Assembly (NCBI GenBank): GCA_043813875.1
Contig: JBDRKP010000032.1
Span: 1 to 15,631 of the forward strand
DNA from: an archaeon
GTDB taxonomy: Archaea > EX4484-52 > B79-G9
Reading direction: 5' to 3'
DNA: 15,631 bases
Positions 8,936 to 15,631 of this stretch are shown piece by piece. The notes beneath the pieces are model-generated. The model saw only the letters and a list, made by a program, of their open reading frames with translations, was not told the DNA's origin and made no database searches. Position 1 is the stretch's first letter, and each line of letters begins with the position of its first letter. Position numbers and translations under genes: made by a program.

Positions 8936-10108
8936 ATGAAATACCAGACAATAATTGCCCTTATCTTATGCATGTCATTCATATCCAGCACAGCCTACAG
9001 CTTCGACACAGACCCGTCAAAATACGATATGGCGTGCAACGACAAAGGAGGCATAATAATCAGATCCCCAGACAACATCGACACCAGCGGCTCCTACAGG
9101 GTAAACATGATAGCCACAGACAAAGATAACAAGACATTCAATGTCGCCGGCACATGGAAAGGAGGAATCTTCACATCAGAAGAAGCGCAATTCAACGAAC
9201 AGGCAGAATACACAATAACAATAACATTCGCATCAATAGACACAGTCAAAAAAGCAGTAGACTGCCCGGGATTGGTATTCAGCTGCAGGATATTCTCAAC
9301 CAGCATTTCACGATGCTACAACTACGACGGCGCATTCTACGCATTATTTGAGATAGAAAACAAAGGCAAATATGACTGGAACCTAAATACGAACCTGACC
9401 TACATCGCAAGCGACGACAAAGGGAAATCCAACGATATTGACCCACAATCAAAAATAGAAAAGATAGATATTTCAGACATGGGAAATGACAGATACAGCC
9501 TGAAATGGACAACAGACAAAAACATAGAGCTTTTCCACATAAAAGCGCCCATCTGCAAAACAACCACATCAAAGATATGCACAGAACCAGAGATTTGCAC
9601 AGAAGACAGCGACTGCCTGGAATTCGAGTACTGTGACGGCTACTGCAAAAGATTAGACTGCACCGAAAACGAATACATATCAGGCCATGGATGCATCGCC
9701 TACTGCAGAACAGACAAAGACTGCGATGACAATCTTGCCTGCACTATAGACAGATGCAGAGACTATGCCTGCAGCCACGAGCAAGTCACATGCACTGCAC
9801 AGGAAAAATGCACAACCGCAGAATGCAAAGAGCCGGCAGGATGCATATACAGGATAGACGAAGAATGCAAAAAAAGCGAATCATCAGCCAAAACGTCCAT
9901 CCCATTAGAGGACAAAAGCACCAAAGAAAAACCCACATCTACAGGCACAATCTCAGCAACCACAACATTCCTGCTGATCATCATCCTGATATTAGTGGCC
10001 TACATAATGAAGAGACCAGAAGCAAAACCAATAAAAGAAAAAGAGACATCCGAACCAAAAAAAACAAAGAAAAAACAGAAAGACAAATCACCTTCTGAAC
10101 AGGAATAA
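8936..10108 (+). CDS. Secreted, C-terminally membrane-anchored cysteine-rich surface protein (hypothetical)
   Basis: Signal peptide MKYQTIIALILCMSFISSTAYS, beta-rich N-terminal region, dense Cys region 9596-9868 (including CDDNLACTIDRC), TM helix FLLIIILILVAYIM, Lys-rich cytoplasmic tail. Confidence 0.85.
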   Translation: MKYQTIIALILCMSFISSTAYSFDTDPSKYDMACNDKGGIIIRSPDNIDTSGSYRVNMIATDKDNKTFNVAGTWKGGIFTSEEAQFNEQAEYTITITFASIDTVKKAVDCPGLVFSCRIFSTSISRCYNYDGAFYALFEIENKGKYDWNLNTNLTYIASDDKGKSNDIDPQSKIEKIDISDMGNDRYSLKWTTDKNIELFHIKAPICKTTTSKICTEPEICTEDSDCLEFEYCDGYCKRLDCTENEYISGHGCIAYCRTDKDCDDNLACTIDRCRDYACSHEQVTCTAQEKCTTAECKEPAGCIYRIDEECKKSESSAKTSIPLEDKSTKEKPTSTGTISATTTFLLIIILILVAYIMKRPEAKPIKEKETSEPKKTKKKQKDKSPSEQE

Positions 10109-10155
10109 TTCATCCGCAATAATTATATATATTTCTGATGCAACATAAGAGGATT

Positions 10156-11454
10156 ATGAAAGTCCTATCCGGCGCAACAGTATTCACGGGCAGCACCCTA
10201 AAAAAAATAGACTTAGGGATAGAAGACGGAAAAATCATAAAAATAGAAAAAGACTTGGAAGGCGACAAGATAGACTGCACCAGCATGCTCATTCTCCCCG
10301 GCGCAATCGACATCCACGTCCACTTCCGCGACCTGAAGCAAAGCTACAAGGAAGACTGGTTCAGCGGCTCAAGAGCAGCAGCAAAAGGCGGTGTCACGAC
10401 AGTATTTGACATGGTGAACAACGACCCGCCAACGACAACCTACGAACGGCTCATGGAAAAAAAAGAGCTGGCCAAAAAAAGCATAATAAATTACGGCCTC
10501 TACTTCGGCCTCGGCCCTGGCAACCTCGACAAGCTTGACAAAGTCGCACCCCACGTCTGCGGCTTCAAATTACACATGTGCAAAACCACAGGCGACCTCC
10601 TTTTGACAGACCCGGCACTCCAGAAAGAATCATTCAAAAAAGTAAAAAAAACAGGAAAAATCATCGTGATCCACGCAGAAGACCAGAAAACACTGGACAA
10701 TGCAACAGAACTAAACAAAAACAGGACCGACTTCCTCTCCCACGCAGACTCAAGACCCCGCACAGCCGAAACAAAGGCAGCAGATTACGCAATATCCTGC
10801 GCAAAAGAGATCGGCACAAAGACCCATCTGACACACATCACGACTCATACTGCATTATCCCTGATAAGACAAGCTAAAGCTAAAGGCATCGACCTCACCT
10901 GCGACACCACCCCCACATACCTCTATTTCACGCGCGACAACCTTGCAAAAATGGGCAGCTACTGCAAGATGAACCCGCCTGTAAGGACGAAAGAAGACTC
11001 CGAATCCCTCTGGGAAGGATTGAAACACAGCATAATCGACATGATATCAACAGACCACGCCCCGCACACACTGGAAGAGAAAGAATTGGACTTCATCAGC
11101 GCCCCCTCAGGCATCCCGTCAGTAGAGCTCATGGTCCCGCTCATGCTAGATGCCGTAAACAAAAAAAAGATCACGATAGAGACATTCGTAAACGCCTGCT
11201 CAAGAAACCCCGCAAGACGCTTCGATCTAGAAAAAAGAGGCGAGATAAAGATAGGAAACTGGGCAGACCTAATGGTCGTCGACATGGACGCAAAAAAAGA
11301 AGTAAGAAGAACAGATCAGATCACAAAATGCGGCTGGTCACCCTACGAAGGAATGATCCTAAAAGGCTGGCCAAAAAAAACATTCGTCAACGGAAACCTG
11401 GTATACGATTCTGGCAGATTCTACCACAACAGCGGAAAAGACCTTTTTGAGTGA
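10156..11454 (+). CDS. pyrC: Dihydroorotase (type I, amidohydrolase superfamily)
   Basis: LPGAIDIHVHFRD, AAAKGGVTTVFDM, HAED, HLTHIT, KMNPPVR, STDHAPH, KCGWSPYEG. pyrBI is nearby. Start 10156 is preferred over 10138 because the TATA-like TTATATAT lies at 10123-10130. Confidence 0.92.
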   Translation: MKVLSGATVFTGSTLKKIDLGIEDGKIIKIEKDLEGDKIDCTSMLILPGAIDIHVHFRDLKQSYKEDWFSGSRAAAKGGVTTVFDMVNNDPPTTTYERLMEKKELAKKSIINYGLYFGLGPGNLDKLDKVAPHVCGFKLHMCKTTGDLLLTDPALQKESFKKVKKTGKIIVIHAEDQKTLDNATELNKNRTDFLSHADSRPRTAETKAADYAISCAKEIGTKTHLTHITTHTALSLIRQAKAKGIDLTCDTTPTYLYFTRDNLAKMGSYCKMNPPVRTKEDSESLWEGLKHSIIDMISTDHAPHTLEEKELDFISAPSGIPSVELMVPLMLDAVNKKKITIETFVNACSRNPARRFDLEKRGEIKIGNWADLMVVDMDAKKEVRRTDQITKCGWSPYEGMILKGWPKKTFVNGNLVYDSGRFYHNSGKDLFE

Positions 11455-12257
11455 AAAAAATGGACCTGATTGACGCCCTGATTCTCGGCCTGATACAGGG
11501 TCTCTTCGAATGGCTCCCGGTAAGCAGCGAAGGCATGACCTCACTTTACATGGTAGCAAAAGGCCAGACACTGACAGAAGCCATACCAATATCCATCTGG
11601 CTCCACACAGGCACACTGCTTGCAGCCATCCTCTACTTCAGAAGCGACCTGAAAGCCATCATAAAAAACATCCCCGACTACCTTAAAAGAAACAAAAAAA
11701 ACATAGACCTTAACGCCACCACAACATTCCTGATCATCTCAACAGCAGCAACAGGAATCATCGGCCTCCCCATCATGCTATACAGCCTTGACAATCTCAG
11801 CTTCAGCGGCACAACCGCAACCGCATTCATAGGGCTGCTCCTGATAATAACCGGCCTCCTGCAAAAAAAAGCAGAACAAAAAAAACACACGAAAAAAACA
11901 GCAACAACAATAGACAGTATGATCATCGGCATACTTCAGGGCTTCTCGGCAATGCCAGGCCTGTCAAGATCAGGCCTCACCACATCCGGCCTCCTCCTAA
12001 GAAAATACGACGCAAAAACAGCCCTGAAACTCAGCTTCCTCATGAGCATTCCCGCCGTCCTTGCTGCAGAAATCGGCCTAAACCTCATGGAGAAAATAAC
12101 CCTAGACACAAACGCCATGATTGCAGTTGCAGCATCCTTCATCGTCGGCTACCTCTCAATCAGCTCATTCATCAACCTAGCAGAAAAGATCAGGTTCTAT
12201 AAATTCTGCATCATCCTTGGAATGATAAGCCTGATACCCCTTCTTTTGACGCTATAA
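11451..12257 (+). CDS. uppP: UppP/BacA-family polyprenyl-diphosphate phosphatase
   Basis: LGLIQGLFEWLPVSS, HTGTLLA, IGILQGFSAMPGLSRSGLT, LSFLMSIPA. Multiple TM helices. GTGA overlap with the pyrC stop (alternative ATG 11460). Confidence 0.93.
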   Translation: MKKMDLIDALILGLIQGLFEWLPVSSEGMTSLYMVAKGQTLTEAIPISIWLHTGTLLAAILYFRSDLKAIIKNIPDYLKRNKKNIDLNATTTFLIISTAATGIIGLPIMLYSLDNLSFSGTTATAFIGLLLIITGLLQKKAEQKKHTKKTATTIDSMIIGILQGFSAMPGLSRSGLTTSGLLLRKYDAKTALKLSFLMSIPAVLAAEIGLNLMEKITLDTNAMIAVAASFIVGYLSISSFINLAEKIRFYKFCIILGMISLIPLLLTL

Positions 12258-12280
12258 AATAGCCGAAAACATTAAAAACA

Positions 12281-12287
12281 TATATAT
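12281..12287 (+). promoter_or_regulatory. Putative TATA box for leaderless tatD
   Basis: TATATAT after an A-rich stretch, ~24 nt upstream of ATG 12311. Confidence 0.55.
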
Positions 12288-12310
12288 CTTCACACCCACA
12301 TATTTAGCCC

Positions 12311-13063
12311 ATGATAGACGTACACTGCCACCTGGAGCAGAAAGACTACGACAAAGACCGCGAAGAAGTCATCAAAAGATGCATTGAAAAGATGGACGCA
12401 GTAATCACCTCATGCGCCCACCCGCGCGACTTCGACCTGACGCTTTCACTCAAGAAAAAACACCCTGACTTCATATACATCTGCATAGGCCTCCACCCCG
12501 AATACATTAAAGAACTCAAACCCATGGAAAAAGAAGAGCTGAAAGAAAATATCAAAGAAAACATACAACACATATCAGCAATCGGTGAAATCGGCCTCGA
12601 CTACTACTGGACAAAAGAAGAAGAATGGCGTGATAAGCAAAAAGACATGTTTCGTGAACTCATAGACTTCGCAAAAGAATTAGACAAGCCGATAGTCGTC
12701 CACTCGCGCGACGCCCACCAAGACACCTTAGACATCCTTGAAGAAAAAAACGCAAAACACGTACTGCTCCACCTGTGGGGCGCAAACCAGCTGGTGCCAG
12801 GAATCATAAAAAACAACTGGAACGTATCCTTCGGCCCGATCCTTTTGCGCTCAAAGAAGCACAAAAAAATATGCCGCGACATGCCACTGGAAAAAATAAT
12901 GCTCGAGACCGACGCCCCGTGGTTCGGCGAAACCGGAACAAGAAACGAACCCACAAGCGTAAAGAATGTCATAGCAAGAATAGCAGAAATAAAAGGCATA
13001 GACTCAGGAATAGTCGACAATTTGACAACAGAAAACGCAAAAAAATTCTTCAGGATAGGATAA
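12311..13063 (+). CDS. tatD: TatD-family metal-dependent DNase
   Basis: MIDVHCHL, IGLHPE, AIGEIGLDYY, PIVVHSRDA, LETDAPW, RNEP, TTENAKKFF. Confidence 0.96.
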   Translation: MIDVHCHLEQKDYDKDREEVIKRCIEKMDAVITSCAHPRDFDLTLSLKKKHPDFIYICIGLHPEYIKELKPMEKEELKENIKENIQHISAIGEIGLDYYWTKEEEWRDKQKDMFRELIDFAKELDKPIVVHSRDAHQDTLDILEEKNAKHVLLHLWGANQLVPGIIKNNWNVSFGPILLRSKKHKKICRDMPLEKIMLETDAPWFGETGTRNEPTSVKNVIARIAEIKGIDSGIVDNLTTENAKKFFRIG

Positions 13064-13582
13064 CTACCTTCTCAAAAACGCAGGATAAGCATATTTGGCA
13101 TACTTCACAATATGCCCTGCCTTCCCTACATCAAAAGACACCATAGCCTGCACCTGTGGCACATGCTGCATCGCGTGCAATCCACTGAAAGCCCTCCCAA
13201 GCACCGGCACAGCCTCAAACACCTTCAATGTCCTCAAAAGCGGCAGCACAAACAATATATCGACAGCCCTTCGCCTCATAAAATGCTTGTATTGCCCACG
13301 GTAAAGATACTTATCAAGCCCTATATCCAAAAGGAACACAACCAGGATGAACTCATCAAAAAAAAGAATCAGATTCTCCTGCGCATGATTTAGAGACAGG
13401 CCCATCTCAGCCACTAGAAGAATCACAATCATAAGCGAGAGATACGGAATATTATGCCTAAAAACATGCCGCAGCTTATCTACCCTGAGCTTCGATCCGC
13501 AAAACTCGCAGACCTTCTCGCTGATATGAAGCGACATACCGCAGTCAGAACATTCAAAAACATGCCTATGATAATGACTCAC
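13064..13582 (-). CDS. Hypothetical membrane protein: N-terminal zinc ribbon plus ion-transport (voltage-sensor S1-S4-like) helices, no pore domain
   Basis: GTG start with AGGGAGAGAGGGAG SD and TTTTATAT box (minus strand, 13626-13633). CSDC-x10-CEFC. Hydrophobic helices ending in FDEFILVVFLLD...FMRRRAVDILFVLPLLRTLK. Confidence 0.72.
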   Translation of the reverse strand: MSHYHRHVFECSDCGMSLHISEKVCEFCGSKLRVDKLRHVFRHNIPYLSLMIVILLVAEMGLSLNHAQENLILFFDEFILVVFLLDIGLDKYLYRGQYKHFMRRRAVDILFVLPLLRTLKVFEAVPVLGRAFSGLHAMQHVPQVQAMVSFDVGKAGHIVKYAKYAYPAFLRR

Positions 13583-13646
13583 AATCTCCCTCTCTCCCTA
13601 AGAAACAAATTATAGCATCACTAGCATATAAAATTAACTGCAAAAT

Positions 13647-14477
13647 CTATTGGCTCACATTGACAATGCTAGCAATCTCAGCAATAACATCTGTAGCAAG
13701 CAGGCTCTCGCCATGGATTCTTGCAGCCGCATCCCCTGCAGCGCCGCTGATATAAGCACCAGCGACCGCAGCATCAAAAGCGCTCACACCTCTTCCAAGA
13801 AGCGCCCCGCAAATACCGGCAAGAACATCCCCTGTCCCCCCCTTAGTCATATAAGGATTTCCCGTCTTATTGACCACAGTCCTCTTGCCATCAGAAATGA
13901 TATCAAGATGCCCTTTTAGAAGGATGACAGCACCAAACTTCTTTGCAGCCGCCTCCACTTCTTTGACAATATCCTTCTTCGAACTAAGATCAACCCCGGT
14001 AAGCGCAAGAAACTCACCGCGATGCGCAGTCACAATACAAGAGAGAGCATTCATCTTCTTCCCATACTCTGAATATGCATAAATCGCATCCGCATCAATC
14101 ACGCATGGGATTTCCACACGATTCATGAAATCAGCAATAGCGCGAAGCACCACAGTCTCCCGGGTAAGGCCGGGACCGATAACAAGCGCATCCGAACGCT
14201 CTGAATATCTAAGCAGGGAACCCACATGATCCGGCCTCAGATAATCGCCGTCCAGCGGAACAGTGATCAGCGCAGGAGAAAAAGAAGCGACAATATCAGC
14301 AGCCCTATGAGGCGCAGCCACAACAGCAATATCACAGCCGGAATTGATCGCAGCAAGAGCAGAAAGCGCAGGCGCACCAGTATATATCCTGCTCCCGCCG
14401 ACAACAAGAAGCCGCCCGTAATCTCCCTTCTTCGAACCCAACGCCCGCTTCCCGAAAATATCCTTAATAAGCTTCAT
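13647..14477 (-). CDS. nnrD: Stand-alone ADP/ATP-dependent NAD(P)H-hydrate dehydratase (YjeF C-terminal / Carb_kinase family)
   Basis: KGDYGRLLVVGGS..YTGAPALSALAA, VIGPGL, VIDADA, HRGEF, LLKG..D.I, GNPYMTKGGTGDVLAG. No epimerase domain is fused. Confidence 0.95.
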   Translation of the reverse strand: MKLIKDIFGKRALGSKKGDYGRLLVVGGSRIYTGAPALSALAAINSGCDIAVVAAPHRAADIVASFSPALITVPLDGDYLRPDHVGSLLRYSERSDALVIGPGLTRETVVLRAIADFMNRVEIPCVIDADAIYAYSEYGKKMNALSCIVTAHRGEFLALTGVDLSSKKDIVKEVEAAAKKFGAVILLKGHLDIISDGKRTVVNKTGNPYMTKGGTGDVLAGICGALLGRGVSAFDAAVAGAYISGAAGDAAARIHGESLLATDVIAEIASIVNVSQ

Positions 14478-14517
14478 ATAACATATTTAAGCAGTGAAAG
14501 AATAAATAAATGATTAC

Positions 14518-14871
14518 ATGCGGATAATAAACCAGACAAGAAAAATAGAACTTGAAGCCATGCACGCAAGATCCCCGTTAGCCCTGACAAGAGGCCTCAT
14601 GCTCAAAAAAAAAGGCAACATGCTGCTCGAATTCCCGTACGCTGGAAGACACGGCATCTGGATGCTATGCATGCGATACTCACTAGACCTGATATACATA
14701 GACAGGGAAAAAAAGGTCACAGAAATCAAAAAGAACATACCGCCAATAACATTCAATCCGAAAACATGGAAAATATACACCCCAAAAGAAAAAGCGAAAT
14801 ACGTGCTGGAGGTAGAAAAAGGCTTATCAGTTGACTTCAGCGCAGGCGACACACTGGAATTCAGAAGATAG
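14518..14871 (+). CDS. DUF192 / UPF0127 family protein
   Basis: A.S....RGLM, GIWM..MRYSLDLIYID, KYVLEV..G motifs. 117 aa. Confidence 0.9.
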   Translation: MRIINQTRKIELEAMHARSPLALTRGLMLKKKGNMLLEFPYAGRHGIWMLCMRYSLDLIYIDREKKVTEIKKNIPPITFNPKTWKIYTPKEKAKYVLEVEKGLSVDFSAGDTLEFRR

Positions 14872-14954
14872 CAAGAGCATTGACCAAAACAACCGGAAAC
14901 AACCGACAAAAATTTAAAGCTTATACAAAAAACAATAGACACAAAAACATATTT

Positions 14955-15069
14955 GGGGCCTTGGGGTAGCTTGGTTATCCTTAGAGCTTTGGGAGCTTTG
15001 GACCCCGGTTCAAATCATGCGCAACAAAAGTGATTAGGTGCGCATCTGAAAATCCGGGAGGCCCCACCA
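14955..15069 (+). tRNA. tRNA-Pro (anticodon TGG) with a 38-nt intron in the T-loop and encoded CCA
   Basis: Acceptor stem GGGGCCT(14955-61)/AGGCCCC(15059-65), discriminator A, CCA 15067-69. D arm GGGTAGCTTGGTTATCCT. Anticodon stem AGAGC/GCTTT with loop TTTGGGA (TGG at 14990-92). T stem CCCGG(15004-08)/CCGGG(15054-58). Removing 38 nt restores TTCAAAT. Confidence 0.96.
15015..15052 (+). other. Non-canonical tRNA intron at position 59/60 with bulge-helix-bulge motif
   Basis: Central helix TTCA(15009-12)/TGAA(15047-50). 3-nt bulges AAT(15013-15) and AAT(15051-53). Intron stem ATGCGCA(15017-23)/TGCGCAT(15039-45). Boundaries are placed by the standard cut after the second bulge nucleotide. Confidence 0.88.
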
Positions 15070-15157
15070 ATTTCTCAATGAATTACAATCATCTTGCAAA
15101 ATGATTTGGATTTCTAGAAAACAAATATTTATAAAGTTAGCACGATGCGGTAGTTCT

Positions 15158-15532
15158 ATGGATCCCCTTACTGCTTATTATCACAGTCTTATAAATCATA
15201 AAGGCATGAACAAGAATATTCAAAGTTTAGAAATACCTGATGACGAGAAGACATTTCTTAAAATAAGTTTAGACAATACCTGCACATATGAGAAAAGCAC
15301 TGCAGGCAAATGTTACTATAATCTGGGCGGAGGTAGGAGCCAAAATGAAGAGATATTATCTTTATGTGGGGACTACATTTTTCTTGTAAGGGTTTTAGAC
15401 AATGTTATAGATGGACATGTAAATGAAATCGAGTTAAAGTCGCCTTTAGCGAAAAAAATGTTAGATTATATCACGGCCTTCATGAACAATGTGGAGTGCA
15501 CCCCTAAAGGCGGACACATAGATAACGAATAA
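15158..15532 (+). pseudogene. AT-rich hypothetical gene, apparently truncated by IS insertion at ~15492
   Basis: TTTATAAA at 15128-15135 favours a leaderless start at ATG 15158 over 15101. The last ~13 codons and the stop lie inside the putative IS end. Confidence 0.55.
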
Positions 15533-15631
15533 AAGTGAGCAAAAGTACGCTAAATATGAGGTGCAGAAAATGGGAATAAGAAGACAATTTTCAAGGGAAT
15601 TTAAGTTATCTGTTCTAAGGGAACTTGAGAC
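15492..15631 (+). mobile_element. Left end of an IS3-family insertion sequence (runs off the window)
   Basis: TGGAGTGCACCCCTAAAGGCGGACAC begins with 5'-TG and resembles IS3/IS150-type terminal inverted repeats (recalled pattern, not searched). A transposase-like ORF starts 78 nt later. Confidence 0.75.
15570..15631 (+). CDS. Transposase OrfA N-terminus (HTH_Tnp_1-like), 3'-truncated
   Basis: GAGGTG SD at 15558-15563. MGIRRQFSREFKLSVLRELE matches the RRxFSxEFK start of IS3-family OrfA. It is too short to appear in the supplied ORF track. Confidence 0.8.
   Translation, partial: MGIRRQFSREFKLSVLRELE

Noticed and set aside
10138..10155. ATG 10138 as the pyrC start
   Set aside because: It lies only ~7 nt from the TATA-like box. 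ATG 10156 fits archaeal promoter spacing.
13061..13066. Abutting convergent stop codons of tatD and the membrane-protein gene as a functional antisense pair
   Set aside because: This is common in compact archaeal genomes and nothing else supports it.
150..14942. Numerous short antisense or alternate-frame ORFs in the ORF track (e.g. 3060-3605, 7454-7873, 12604-13020, 14514-14942)
   Set aside because: They overlap well-supported genes, show no family motifs, and are expected shadows of the biased codon usage.
15012..15054. AAATC direct repeat flanking the tRNA insert as a transposon target-site duplication (MITE-disrupted pseudo-tRNA)
   Set aside because: The insert forms the 4-bp helix and two 3-nt bulges of a BHB, and the tRNA body is intact, so an intron explains it better.
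15101..15157. ATG 15101 as the start of the island ORF
   Set aside because: This stretch contains the TATA box TTTATAAA (15128-15135), which points to ATG 15158.

Overview
Archaeal chromosomal window (TATA-box promoters, GGTG/GAGGTG Shine-Dalgarno sites, leaderless genes, TrmB regulator, BHB-type tRNA intron). The gene style suggests a DPANN-like lineage, but that is inference. In order it contains: the 3' 5.2 kb of a giant membrane-anchored surface glycoprotein (tandem Ig-like repeats, Cys-rich modules, C-terminal TM helix, cytoplasmic tail); pyrB-pyrI; a B12-binding radical SAM protein; a TrmB regulator; a second Cys-rich membrane-anchored secreted protein; pyrC-uppP; tatD; a zinc-ribbon plus voltage-sensor-like membrane protein (minus strand); stand-alone nnrD (minus strand); a DUF192 gene; and tRNA-Pro(UGG). 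The tRNA carries a 38-nt intron in the T-loop (position 59/60), defined by a bulge-helix-bulge. Right after the tRNA CCA end the base composition changes (AT-rich, strand skew lost). An unknown gene there is cut by the left end of an IS3-family element whose transposase starts at the window edge. The most notable signals are the non-canonical tRNA intron beside a putative island, a Cys module shared by the two surface proteins, a compositionally foreign 5' segment of the giant gene, and a pore-less voltage-sensor-like protein. No CRISPR array, rRNA or clearly novel multi-gene system is demonstrable from this window alone.
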